A DNA stretch of 64,000 bases from Sphyrna mokarran (taxonomy: Eukaryota), in assembly GCA_024679065.1 (NCBI GenBank), contig JAGIQG010000025.1:26536001-26600000 (forward strand). The letters run 5' to 3'. This document shows positions 24,712-37,086 of this stretch, piece by piece. The first letter of the stretch is position 1. Each line of letters begins with the position of its first letter. The notes under the pieces are model-generated. The model worked only from the letters and a program-made list of their open reading frames with translations. It was not told where the DNA came from and did no database searches. The position numbers and the translations under genes are program-made.

Positions 24712-25734
24712 ATAGTTATAGATATATAGAACATTACAGCACAGAACAGGCCCTTCGGCCTTCGATGTTGTGCCGACCAAAATAAACAGCAATGCCCCTC
24801 CAAACTAAACCATTCCCTTCTCTTCCATATACTTATCAATTAACCTCTTAAACGCCACCAAACTTGGCGCATCTACAACAGCTGCAGGCAGGGCATTCCA
24901 CTCCTAATCACTCTTTGAGTAAAGAACCTACCTCTGATATCCGTCCTATAACTCATACCCCTTAATTTAAAGCTGTGTCCCTCGTGCTAGCTTTCTCCAT
25001 CCTAGGAAAAAGGCTATCACTGTCCACCCTATCTAAACCTCTAATCATCTTATATGTTTCGATCAGGTCCCCTCTTAGCCTCCTCCTTTCTAACGAAAAA
25101 AACCTCAAATCCCTCAGCCTCTCCTCATAAGACCTGCCCTCCATACCAGGCAACATCCTGGTAAACCTCCTCTGACCCTCTCCAATGCCTCCACATCTTT
25201 CTTATAATGAGGGGACCAGAACTGCACACAATACTCCAAGTGCGGCCGCACTAGAGTTTTGTACAGTTGCAACATGATGCTGCGGCTCCTAAATTCAATC
25301 CCCCTACCAATAAAAGCTAAGACTACATATGCCTTCTTAACAACTTTATCCACTTGACTGCCTACTTTCAGGGATCTATTGACACATACACCAAGATCCT
25401 TCTGTTCCTCAACACTATTAAGAGCCCTACCATTAGCCCTATACTCTACACATTTATTGTTCCTGCCAAAATGCATTACCTCACACTTTTCCACATTAAA
25501 CTCCATTTGCCACCTCTCGGCCCCGCTCTGCAACTTGTCCAAGTCCCTCTGCAAACTATAACACCCCTCTTCACTATCTACCACTCCACCGACTTTAGTG
25601 TCATCTGCAAATTTACTAATCCATCCCTCAATACCATCATCCAGATCATTTATAAAAATTACAAACAGCAGGGGCCCCAAAACAGACCCCTGAGGCACAC
25701 CACTTGTCACCGAAAAGTGACCACTTGTCAGTCT
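24712..25734 (-). mobile_element. Young 5'-truncated CR1/HER1 LINE (CR1-A)
   Basis: SGVPQGSVLGPLLF..INDLD..KFADDTK...VRPHLEYCVQFWSP, two frameshifts (about 25170 and 24980), complete tail GGCCGAAGGGCCTGTTCTGTGCTGTAATGTTCTAT. Confidence 0.95.
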
Positions 25735-25753
25735 CTGAGCTGTCATGTTGCCC

Positions 25754-26793
25754 ATCTGATGGTCCAGTTTAAGCATACACTAACGACGTGAAGCACTAGG
25801 CCACTCCTGAAGTAACCTCCAGGAGCAGCCCTCGCACGACCTGCCGAATGCATGCACCTTGTTGGTCAACAAGGTGGACCGAATAGCCTGTGGAAACAAT
25901 TAAAGTATTTAAACAGTCCTCATATATCCCTCTATCTGCAGACCGCTCATGTGGCTGTCCAAGAGACCCTTAAACAACCCTAGCGTGCCTGCTCCCACCA
26001 CCTTACTCGGTAGTGCATTCCACACCCCCACTACCCTTTGTGTGAAAAAATGCCCTCTAATATTAGTCTTATACATAGCCCCCCTCACCCTAAGGCCGTG
26101 ACCCCTCGTTCTATCCGAATCTAATGGTGGAAAAAGCTTACCACCATTTACTCTATCTATACACCTCATAATCTTATATACCTCTAATAGATCCCCTCTC
26201 AGCCGACGTCTTTCAAGGGAAAACAACCCCAGTGCGTTCAACCTTTCCTCGTAAGACAGCCCTTCCATACCAGGCAGCATCCTGGTAAATCTCCTCTGCA
26301 CTCTCTCCAGGGACTCCACATCCTTCCGGTAGTACGGCGACCAGAACTGGACGCAGTACTCCAAGTGAGGCCTAACCAACGTTCTATACACTTGCAACAT
26401 CAAACTCCTACTCTTGTATTCTATACCCCTTCCTATGAAGGCTAACATACCATACGCTTTCTTTATCACTTTTTCCACCTGTACTGCCACCTTCAGAGAC
26501 TTGTGAACCTGCAACCCCAGTTCTCTCTGCGTCTCTATACTCCGGATAGTTTTACCTTTTATCCTATAACTCCCCTCTACAGTATTCTGGCCAAAATGCA
26601 TCACCTCGCATTTATCCGGATTAAATTCCATTTGCCATCTATCTGCCCAATCTACCAGCCTATCAATGTCCTGTTGTATTGCCTGGCACTGCTCCTCAGT
26701 CCCTGCCAATCCAAGTATCTTAGTGTCATCAGCAAATTTGCTGATCACACCACCTACCCCCTCTTCCAAGTCATTTATATAAATCACAAATAG
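25754..26793 (-). mobile_element. Young 5'-truncated CR1 LINE (CR1-B) with uninterrupted ORF2 C-terminus and atypical 3' UTR
   Basis: 292-aa open frame 26787-25909 (IYINDL, KFADDTK, RPHLEYCVQFWSP, FTQRVVGVWNALP). No canonical CR1 tail directly after the stop. Confidence 0.95.
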
Positions 26794-27825
26794 TTTTGCC
26801 CAAAAATAGCCCAGTTTTCATTCCAGATTTAGAGCCTCTCTGATATATAAAAAATAAACAATTTTGGGTGGGGGGGGTGGTGTTTACACCCTGACTCTGC
26901 TGGGCCAGAGCCTGAGAGAGACAGCAAGACCGGCTGCACAGAAACCAGGGCACTCAGTACTGAAATTGAGCAGCCCCCCAGCCCACCACCCTCTCCCCAC
27001 CTCACTAAACATTAGGATCCCCTCTCCCCCACACAAGCATCAGGAACTATTCCCTCCACAGCAGCCACCACAAGGCTCTCCCCCTCCTGTCCCACCCACA
27101 TGTGAACATTGGGCACCACCGCCCCCCCCCGTTCCACAGGCTATGGGTAACCCCTCTCATGCTCCGCCCATCCCAATTTTAGGCATTAGGGTGACCCTCC
27201 CCCACCCCACTGAACATTAGAAGCCCCTCACAAGCATCACGAGCTACTCCCCCCACCCACAACAGAGGCAACAGAGCTCTTCACCCCATCTGTTCCACAC
27301 ACTTCCCCCCCCCACATGTCAACATCAGGACATCTCCTTCCACTTTGCAGGTTTATGGTGATCCTTGCTCCCTCTCATAGGCATTCAGGTTGCCCCCATA
27401 CCCCAATCTCAGGGGTACTGTCCTCCCTTCACAGGCATCAGTTCTCCCCATGGGACTTCCCAGAGGGCCCATCCCTAGTACCAGCCTGTTCCAGGAAGCA
27501 ACCTGGGGTTGACAGGTCACAGTCAGTGCATGTCCCCCTCCCTTGGGGAGGAGCTTTACTTACCTTTGTGCCCCCAAGGAAATCTCCTGGACCAAACCTC
27601 ATTTTTCAAAGCTTCTTGTAAGCCACTCGAACATCTCGGCACTCTTTGAATATTCAGTGAGGGGGGAATCGTGTGGTGGGGTCTGGCTAATTATATTAAG
27701 ATGCATGCAGAACCAGTAAAATGAGGTTTTCACCCTCTGTATCACCCTCTTTGAACCCCATGACATTACCAGTGACGGGCATGGAAAATCAGGAAATGCA
27801 ATCTCTCTGGAGAGAATCATGTTTC
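26794..27825. mobile_element. Large non-autonomous DNA element (Harbinger-MITE-like) with C-rich interior; left end at about 24384-24458
   Basis: Ends and organisation resemble 42995-43849 and 51301-52370, e.g. CCCAGTTTTCATTCCAGATTT vs CCCATTTTCTCCCAGATTT. Confidence 0.5.
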
Positions 27826-27914
27826 CCAATTCTGTCTGGATATCCCCCCCACTGCGTATCAGCAATCCCATGGACCTCTAACTCATGCTCGAAATCACCC
27901 TTAACAAAGCTTCC

Positions 27915-28745
27915 TTTACAATGTCCAATGCTAGATATGATTCTGCAATTGGACAACATTTGTTAAATAATCGTCAATGTGTTAAAGATCACGCTGATAT
28001 CTGATTTAAGGTTTAATTATAAGGAAATCGTAGAACCCCTACAATACAGAAAGATGCCATTTGGCCTGTTGAGTCTGCACTGACCACAATCCTACACAGG
28101 CCCTAGCTCCATAACCCCATGCATTTACCCTAGCTAGTTCTTGATACTAAGGGGCAATTTAGCATGGCCAATGCACCTAACCCACACATCTTTCGGACTG
28201 TGGGAGGAAACCAGAGTACCCAGAGGAATCCCACGTAGACACAGGAAGAATGTGCAAACTTCAGACAAGCAGTTATCCAAGCTGAGAATCAAACCTCTAG
28301 TGCTGTGAGGCAGCAGTGCTAACCACTGTGCCACGCATGCCAATTGCTAGTATAGCCCAGTTGCATGTACTAGAAGCTAAATATATTAATACACAAGTCC
28401 CTGTTCTTTGCAGCGAGAACATTTTTACGTATTGTGCCTGTTTCAGCTGAACAAGATAAGTGATAACCAGTCATTGGTTCATTCCTCAATACAATACCTT
28501 GGCCAATCAGAGTCAAGCTGCCTGGTTTAAATTTTTAAACAATGCTTGGCAATTAACTGTCAGTCAGCTTTGACTGGTGCATTCTCCATAGCAACACCTT
28601 GACCTATCAGAATCCACTTGCCAACAATTCGGCACTTTCTTCTCACTATTATTATTGCTTCCCTCTGAAATTGGTATTCTTGCAATGAGAGCAAGACAAA
28701 GGACTTTGACAAAATGTCTTTGTTCAGCAATACTCAAATGAATTT
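27915..28745 (+). mobile_element. Penelope-like element 3' end (GIY-YIG C-terminus and pLTR), split by a V-SINE
   Basis: DSAIGQHLLNNRQC from 27939 and LHVLEAKYINTQVPVLC from 28361 match the PLE endonuclease tail pattern SAI..HL...LEA..I....P.L. Confidence 0.7.
28026..28342 (-). mobile_element. V-SINE, tail type 1
   Basis: Full reverse copy nested in the Penelope remnant. Confidence 0.88.
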
Positions 28746-29139
28746 TAATTTTTTTCACAATAAAAGTTATAGTCATGCCCAGAATGAAAAATCAGTTTGG
28801 ACCAGTGTTCTAATCTCTCACTTTTTGACAGCTTTTTTTTTCTTCTGGGAGCCTGCAGCGATTTATTTATAAAACCTAAACCTTTAAAAGATGTTTCTGA
28901 TAGAAGCCTATGTTTTTCAAAGCCAGAAGCTAGAAATTTAAAATTTATGGTCAAATATGTGCCTGGAAACTAAAATTAATGCTGGAATCTTACCATTTAC
29001 ACCAGCAGGATTTTCCCATCCCGCTGCAGCGAATGGAGATTTGCCTCCAACCCTGCTGCAGCGGGAGCATGGAATGAATAACCGGTAAGGTTGTACCCAA
29101 GATGTTTTATTTTCCAATGTAGAGGTATTTATTTTGAAT

Positions 29140-29445
29140 TTTTAAAAGCATTCATTTTATGGGAGGTGGGCGTTGCTGGCATTTATTGCCCATCCCTAAC
29201 TGCCCTCCATTTCAGAGGGCTGTTGAGAGTCAAATGTAGACCAGACCAGCTAAGGACAACAGATTTCCTTCTCTAAGGGACATTAGAGAACCAGATGGGG
29301 TTTTATGACAATTGTTTCATGGTCAGCATTAGACAGTTAATTCCAGATTTTTAAAACAATTATCTGCCATGGTGGGATTTGAACCAAGGTCCCCAGAACT
29401 AGCCCTGGTTTGCTAATGCACTGGCAATACCCGTTGCCTACCCAA
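29140..29445 (-). mobile_element. SINE family B
   Basis: Reverse similarity to 941-1300. Confidence 0.75.
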
Positions 29446-30519
29446 CAAGCATAAAGGCCTTTGTGTTGTTTGTTGTGTTAGTACCTTCCGGAGAAGGACA
29501 TAACAGATTGAGCTTCAAAGACAGTTTAACATGGAAAAAAAATTGCATAACCCTCTCCTTCAGAGACACTTGAGGCCCCTCAAACAGAACGTACAATGCA
29601 CAGTGCCTCCACCATTAAAACAGAGAGTGCTCGACACACTCTGACAGAGTTAACATTTCAAGTCAAGAGCAATTCACCTTCAGAAGTGCTTACAGCATTT
29701 TCTGCTTTCATTTGATATTTCCAAAATCTGCATATTTTGCTTTTAGCCAACCATCTTCACACATATTTGTAATGTAGAGAATATTTAATCAGATGACATT
29801 GATGGTTAAAGTGATGTCTACAAACAGATATGTAAAATAGTGGCCTGTTTCTGATATTCTGCTATTTCCAGTTCTAATATCCATCTTGCTTTCTTCATCA
29901 CGGTAGTTTAGGCTGGGTGGTGGGGGAATTTTCGTGGACTCAGCTAATATTTCCTAAAAATCCTTTTGACTAGAAGGCTCCAGAAATTCCTTGTTTTGTT
30001 CCCGGAAAAAGTACTGGGGCAGGGCATGGAGGGAGGGATTTTCTGGCTTTTGCCGTTGTTGGGATCTTCCAGTCCTGTTGACAGTGAATCTCTGCCAGGG
30101 GATGGAACCAATGGGAAACCCAATTGATAGTGGTGGGACCAGACGATCCCACCACTGGCCAAAGGTGGGCCGCCTCCCGTCACCAAGGAACACACCACAG
30201 GGCAATCCCTTCCCCATTGTTGATTTTAATTAGCAATTGAAATGCTGTTATTTCTGCATGATTCATTTGTTTCCATGTTGTTTCAGGTAGTTTGAGCTTT
30301 AGCCAAATCCATATAGTTTGATGATACACTTGAAATGTTTTGTGATCCAAAGGCACTTCATATATGGGTGAGGAGTGTATGATCATCACTGTGCCTGGAA
30401 ATTGCCTTTTAGAATTGCCTTATGGAATGAACAGAAAGTTTTGGAGAAGACCTTGGACTCTAAAGCCTTACATCATTCACCTTCAGATTACAAGAATGCC
30501 CCTCACCATCCACTGGCCT

Positions 30520-30850
30520 CTACATACAAGCCCCTGCATCCACACATGCCCCCCTGTATCCACAAGCCCTGTGTCCACATACACACACACACACTTGTGT
30601 GTGCACTTGCCCCTGTGTGCACACTTACCCACATGTGCATCATGCCTCAATGTCCACGCATGGCTCATGTTCACACACGGCCTCATGTTTACACATGTTT
30701 TCATGTGCATGGGTGCCATCATATTCACACATTTCCCTGCATCCATTCATGCCCCCGTGTACACACATGCACTCACGTGCACACATGCATCCACACCCCT
30801 GCGGGCATACCCACACTGCCACTTGCGCACACACACGTGTGCACACACTG
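30520..30850. repeat. Degenerate (CA/TG)n-rich low-complexity tract
   Basis: Repeated CACAC, ATGTG and GTGCAC motifs. Explains the His/Thr/Cys-rich ORFs in all frames. Confidence 0.85.
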
Positions 30851-31654
30851 ACATCCTCCTTTGAGGGTGAATTATTACATCCTGTAATGACACTGCGGGT
30901 GTACCTGTACCTGATGGACTGCAGCAGTTCAAGAAGGCTGCTCACCTTCTCAAGAGCATCTCAGAATGGGCAATAAATGCTGACCTGGCTAGCAACACCC
31001 ACACCCTGTAAATGAATCATTTAGAAAAAAGCATTATCAGCTACAGCCAGCCTATCCAAGCATAAAAGGCATTGTTGACTGACACTGTTCCCCTCTATTC
31101 CTCCCTCACCCCAGGTTTACTATAATTTTCCTTTCCTACCAGCTGTTTTAAACGTACTTGTTGCAATTCAGGTTTGGATAAAAGCATAAATGTAAATGAG
31201 AGTCAGGAATCCAGCAATGTGGTATTACAGTAGACACAAAAAGAAAGGAAATAATGCTGAGTAGAAAAGGACTGTATTTTACTTACTTTGCAACACACGA
31301 TGGAGAATTCAGAGGCAACCGAATGAAGTTGAATTAACTTCTGTGTACCTAAAGAATGATACCTGCCTTTTATAGATGTCACCCATGTGGTGTTTGAATA
31401 TCATCCGATTGCCACAATGGAGCTGACAAGCAAAATTTGCTACAAATTACCCGTGAATGTGAACACTTCTGTAAGGCAGTTATACCAACAGTTGTCCATT
31501 TTTAATTTCCGATGTAATGTCATCAGAAGTTAAAGGCATTGCTGTGTACGTGAAAGGTTTTATGATGAACAAAAAAAGGTGTCAGTGAATTCTTGATGCA
31601 TGAATTGGTTGCTGATTTAATGGTTAGCAGAGTAGGATATAAATAACTACATGA

Positions 31655-32525
31655 TAATCACAGAGTACAGAAGGAGGCTGTTCAGCCCATCAGGTCTGCA
31701 CTAACACTCTGATAGTGCATCTTATCCACGGCCTTTGACCCGCTTAATCCCCATAAGCCCTCACGTTTACCATGGCTAATCACCTAACCAACATCTTTGG
31801 ACACTTAAGGTATCAATGATTCTAGAACATGACTAAGTTATATAAAGTTATTAATCTTATTATTCATGACCAATTATGTAATGTGTATCAAGTGGCATTT
31901 CTCCTAATGCAAGACCAAGGGTATCATAGAATCCCTACAGTGCAGAAGGAGGCCAGTTGGCCCGTCAAATCTGCACCAATCACAATCCCACCCAAGCTTG
32001 ATTCTCTTAAGCCCACGTAATTACCCTGCTAGTCTCTGACTCTAGGGGCTGATTTGGCATGGCCAATCCACCTAATCTGCATATCTTTGCTCTTTGAGAA
32101 ACCCATACGGACCAGGAGTAAAGTGCAAACCCCACATGACCTTGAGGACAATGGTCAGGCATTAGTTAGACAGGAGGTGCTTTATTTACCACATAATTCC
32201 CAGCCTTTAACTTGCTCTTATGGGCATCTTATTTATATGGTTGGCCCAGTTCAGTTTCTAGTCGATGATAATCCTCTGGATATTGACAGTGAATTCAGTG
32301 ATAGTAATACCATTGAATGTCAACAAGACATGGTCCAATTTCCTCTAGTTGGAGATGCTCATTGCCTGATATTTATTATTTGTCTCTTATCAGCACAACT
32401 TAAATCTCGTACGGATCTTAATGGCGAGGATGGTTTCAGAATCTTTTATAGAATCCCAACAGACATTCAAGCCATCGAGTCTGCACTGACTGTCCATCCC
32501 TGGTGCTGTGAGGCAGCAGTGCCAT
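31655..32525 (-). mobile_element. Cluster of V-SINE type 1 fragments and a LINE fragment (about 32140-32390)
   Basis: Three CR1-type tails at about 31660, 31925 and 32450. The LINE piece matches 40750-41000. Confidence 0.65.
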
Positions 32526-33037
32526 CCAAATTTGACCAAATATCACCAAATTTACCTTGTAGAATCCCTTTACTCCTGTGCAATTTTCCGCAATGCATTA
32601 GAGGAAATACGTCATCCTGAGAGCGATTGGAGAGGAAATGTTTGTGGTATTATCCTTTAACTGGGTTTGTAATTATTAATAGTTTTATTTGTCTCTCCCT
32701 GAAGATCAGGGCTGCGTGTCTGAAGACCAGAAACGCCCACCAGTGCTCAACGCACTTTTGAACAACTTACTAAAATTTCTGTCTTCCTCACTATGATAAC
32801 ACGGTACAGATGAGAAATTTTCACCCTACGTGGCTAATGTAGAGTGATTTATCTGTTAGGGATTCAGTCTGTGTGGAGCTGTCATAGTGGACCAGATGAT
32901 TATCCTTTCTGCCCACTATTTTCCTGTCTTTTAATGACATTGCAAGCTTGCTGGAGTAAATTCAGGGCTGCTGTAACGTAACGGTTTCTATAATCAGACA
33001 CAACATTTCAGAATTTTGCTAGTCAACTTAGAATAAA

Positions 33038-33205
33038 CAAAGAACTTGCATTTATATAATGCCGTGCATGACAGAAAGATGTGCCAAAGCATCTTTATAG
33101 ATAATTAAGTGCTTTTGAGGCAGGGTCACTGGTGCACTGTATGAAATGCACCAACTAATTTGTGCACAGCAGGGATCAATGACCAGTTAATCTGTTTCAG
33201 TGACA
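33038..33205 (-). mobile_element. DeuSINE/AmnSINE-like relic with L2-type tail
   Basis: Reverse of ...CTGCTGTGCACAAATTAGTTGG...CAGTGAC...ATATAAATGCAAGTTCTTT. Homologous to 43890-44110. Confidence 0.55.
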
Positions 33206-33207
33206 TT

Positions 33208-33540
33208 TAGGTTTAAGTTTATTTATTAGTGTCACAATTAGGCTTACATTAACGATGCAATGAGGTTACTGTAAAAATCCCCTCACCGCACTGAGGGAGA
33301 TTTTAGCATGGCCAATGCATCTAAATCCATGTCTGCATGGGTTTCCTCGGAGTGCTTCAGTATCCTTCCACACTCCAGCAATGTGCAGGTTAGATTTATT
33401 GGCCGTGCTAAGTTGCCCTTTATTATCAGTGGGACGAACAGAATAAATACGTGAGAATAGAGTCTGGATGTGATTGTTGTTGATACATGCTTGATGGGCC
33501 AAAAGGCTTTCTGCATTGTAGGGATTCTGTGATTCTATAT
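33208..33540. mobile_element. Head-to-head fusion of two headless V-SINEs (type 2 minus, type 1 plus)
   Basis: Orientation switches at about 33326: ...CCAATGCATCTAAAT|CCATGTCTGCATGGGTTTCC. Confidence 0.75.
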
Positions 33541-33696
33541 TCCACAATTGCAGCAAAAAAAGCTATTAGTGTGGAATTCAAGTTGTAATCCCATGAGGAA
33601 CCAATGGGTGTACAATGCTGATTTGTACTTGATTCCAACTGCAGATCCTTTCTGGTACCTGTGTTTTGCAGTAACTGAGAGTTTTCTCTCCATTAG

Positions 33697-33905
33697 GTTG
33701 GAGATCAGATTATCGAGGTGAATGGCAGGAGTTTTCTCAATATTCCCCACGACGAAGCTGTGAAAATCCTCAAGTCTTCACGGCACCTCATGATGACAAT
33801 AAAGGATGTCGGGAGACTGCCTCATGCTCGGACAATAGTGGACGAGACTAAATGGATCTCAGGCCCAGAACTCAATGAGACAGCTGCCTTCAGCAGTCTG
33901 GCAGG
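33697..33905 (+). CDS. WHRN: Whirlin coding exon (equivalent to exon 4), C-terminal half of PDZ2 plus linker
   Basis: 209 nt bounded by ctccattag| and |gtaagt, phase 0/2. Translates [70 protein letters not shown], in frame with the previous exon and matching whirlin. Confidence 0.97.
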
Positions 33906-34044
33906 GTAAGTCCTGGTTTCACCTCTTCAACTCTGGAATAATATCATCACACGATTAATGTTTGTCATGGGACATAAATCTTTCACATCCTGGGTAGGAA
34001 TTCTGTAGAACAGTTTGCTAAGTTTCTTCTTTGATGGAAAAGGT

Positions 34045-34482
34045 ACAGCAGCACAGTGGCAGAGTGGTAAGCGCTGCTGGTTCACAGCATCAAGGACCCT
34101 GGTTCAATTCCCAGCTTGGGTGACTGTCGGTGTGGACTTTGCACATTCTCCCCGTGTCTGCGTGGGTTTCTTCTGAGTGCTCCGGTATTCTTCCGCACTC
34201 CAAAGATGGGCAGGTTAGATTGATTGCCCCTTGGTATCAGTGGGATGAGCAGGGTAAATACATGGGAATAAGGCTGGAGTTTGATTATTATTGTTGGTGC
34301 ATGCTCTGATTTCCTTCCACAAAAATTAGGTTAAGTGGATTGGCCACGCTCTTAGTGTGAGGGGGACTAGCTAGGGTAAATGCATGGGATTATGGGGATA
34401 GGGTCTGAGGGGAATTGTGGTCGGTGCAGACTCGATGGGGACAAATGGCCTCCTTCTGCACTGTAGGGATTCTATGATTCTA
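34045..34482 (+). mobile_element. V-SINE type 1 followed by a second 3' half
   Basis: Head and core to about 34300; second core end and tail at 34325-34482. Confidence 0.85.
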
Positions 34483-34724
34483 AGTGATTTATGGGATAAT
34501 GTCCATATTTGGTGAGCCCTTTTGTAATGGTTGCAGTCATTTTCAATACTGTTTTTAGTGTTCATTATCTCTTCTCTTCACGGTTTCCTGTGAGACCGTT
34601 TTCTGTTTAATAAAGACCGACTAATTTTCAACATGTTCCCCACCTACTTTTATTTCCTCAACCAATTTTGTGATATTGTTTCAGCTTGACACTGGAATTG
34701 TCTGGGTTGACATAGTTTAGTTCA

Positions 34725-35035
34725 GATTTAGTTTAATTTTTAGTGCCACAAATAGACTTACATTAACATTACGATGAAGTTACTGTGAAAATCTCCTAGT
34801 TGCCACATTCTGATGCCTGTTCGGGTACATTGAAGCAGAATTTAGTGTGGCCAATGCACCTAATCAGCACGTCTTTCAGAATGTGGGAGGAAACCGGAGC
34901 ACCCAGGGGAAATCAGCGTAGACAATGGGAGAGTGTGCAAATTCTGCACAGACAGTGACCCAAGTTGGGAATCGGACCCTGGTCCTGGGCACTGTGAGGC
35001 TGCAGTATTAACCACTGTGCCACCGAGCCGCCAGC
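34725..35035 (-). mobile_element. V-SINE, tail type 2
   Basis: Full reverse copy. Confidence 0.88.
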
Positions 35036-36092
35036 CTCATAGGAGTGTATTAAGAGTGTAGCTTGTTGAAGGGATGCGAAGAAGGTGTTTGATATGCAGC
35101 CAAAAATAATTTGCACACAGTGCGAGAGTGAGAGAAAAATTGCAGATGTGGAGACAGTAACGGTGAGGGCAGGAGCAGGTACAGAGTGTACAGGGAAATG
35201 TGATGCTGTGATCCATTATCTCAACGTGATTGGAACCAAGAGAACTGCAAAGGCGTCAAACACAAAATGTGCTCACTGAACCGGTTTAGAGGAAGCTAAA
35301 ACAATAGAAGATAAAAGTTGATGGAGCGCAGAAAGCTATTTTGGTCAAACAAACTGATTGCACGATGGATCGATGCTTCAGCTGGTGATTGTAATGCTAT
35401 CACAGTCCTCAAGTAGACAGTATTACTGTTGCATTAATGTGAGGGATACTGATACCAGAAATGGAACACTTTCTCATTTCAGAGATAGTACCCAATGTGA
35501 ATATCAAATATGCACAAATGCGGAGTAAAACGCTGGCTGATTTACTTTGACAACATGTCACAGCTGACCCTCTAAATGAGGTTATGAATGTTTAAACAAA
35601 TAAATGGGTTGCATTTTATTTACAGTGGAGGGGGGGTGTGGGAGACCAGATTGCTTGCTCGTCATTCCCCGAAGGGAAGTCAATCGGCAGCCCATACGCT
35701 GAAATGAAGTCTGTCCTACAGTCATAATGCTCCCAGGGTTGGCTAAACAAGGCAGATTGGGCCTTCTGCTAGATTTTTGGAGGATAGGTGGTGAAGGAGA
35801 AAGGGCGGAAGATGGGACATATTGGGATCATGCCCATAATTCGTACAGGGCACCTTCCAAATGTAGTTCTCCTTCCCTTCCCATTGTTTTTCATCTCGGC
35901 CACAAAATCAGCCTGCCCATTCCCACGAGCCTGACTACCCCTGCAGCCCTGACCACGCCAACGGTGTGTTACCCTGGTCAACAAATTGACCTTTCATTAT
36001 TCATTTGAATATGTTTGGGTATGCTGACAATTTCTTTATCCGTGTACCTAATGTATTTTGGGGGGCCAGCTCAGGGGTGGGTGGAAAGGTGT

Positions 36093-36362
36093 ACCATGGA
36101 ATCCCTACACTGCAGAAGGAGGCCTATCAGATCTGCACCTCTGAAAGAAGGTCTTACTCAGGCCATATCCCTGTAACCTTGCACAAAATCGATGCTTCAG
36201 CTGGTTTAGCTCGGCCACTCCACGTAATTTGCACATCTTTGGACTGTGGGAGGAAACCCATTCAGACACGGGGCAAATGCGCAAACTCCACACAATCACC
36301 CAAGGTCACAACTGAACCTGAGTCATTGTGAGATAGCAATACTAACCACTGTGCCACCCTTC
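36093..36362 (-). mobile_element. V-SINE, tail type 1
   Basis: Reverse head, core and tail. Confidence 0.75.
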
Positions 36363-36869
36363 AGTCTCACTAAGTCAGTGGTGGACTGGAAAGCCATCAT
36401 ATTTTACATGCATCCACCATCTCTCCCTTATCTAACCACCCTGCCAAAAATACACCCACTGGGGACAAATAAGGTCCATCCCAGTACAATAGGTGCATGA
36501 CGCAATTCCATGTCACATCAAGATGTTTCCAGCAGAAATATGAGCGGGAAACTAGCAAACACCTCTGGGATGTTAGTATCACAGTTACATTGATAAGAAA
36601 AGACACTGACGCTGCAAAAACTTTCAGCGAAAAGCAGCGAGGATGATTTCAAGTTTTAAACCATTTGGTAATGGAATGGGAAGGCTTGGAATTTAAAGTT
36701 TAAGGTTGAACTTTTCCTGAGTTTATAAGATAATCAGTAAGAATAGTATAAAAGGCAATTTTCCAGAGGAGGAGAATCAGACAAGTGTGTTGAATTGTTT
36801 CGAATTGTCTTGTTGATATTTTCAAACTACTTTGATTGAAATATTGAAAAGGGAATTGGATCAGTTCTT

Positions 36870-37080
36870 TCATAGGATCCCTTCAGTGCAGAAAGAGGCC
36901 ATTCAGCCCATTGAGCCTGCACTGACAACAATCCCAACCACGTCCTATCCCTGTAACCCCAAGTATTTACCCTTCTAACCCCCTGACACTAAGGGTCAAT
37001 TTAGCATGGTCAATCCACTCATCCCATACATCTTTAGATTGTGGGAGGAAACCAGAGGAAACCCACACAGACACAGGGAA
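36870..37080 (-). mobile_element. Headless V-SINE type 1 directly downstream of a tRNA-Leu copy
   Basis: Minus CCCTGTGTCTGTGTGGGTTTCCTCTGGTTTCCTCCCACAATCTAAAGATG... followed by a CR1-type tail. Confidence 0.85.
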
Positions 37081-37086
37081 AGGAAA

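Noticed and set aside
25755-25885. Hammerhead-like CTGATGGTCC...GGACCGAAT on the + strand
   Set aside because: The core deviates from CUGANGA and GAAA, and I found no convincing stems I or III.
30364-30976. Overlapping 100-166 aa His/Cys/Thr-rich ORFs
   Set aside because: Artefact of a stop-poor (CA/TG)n tract; no splice or homology support.
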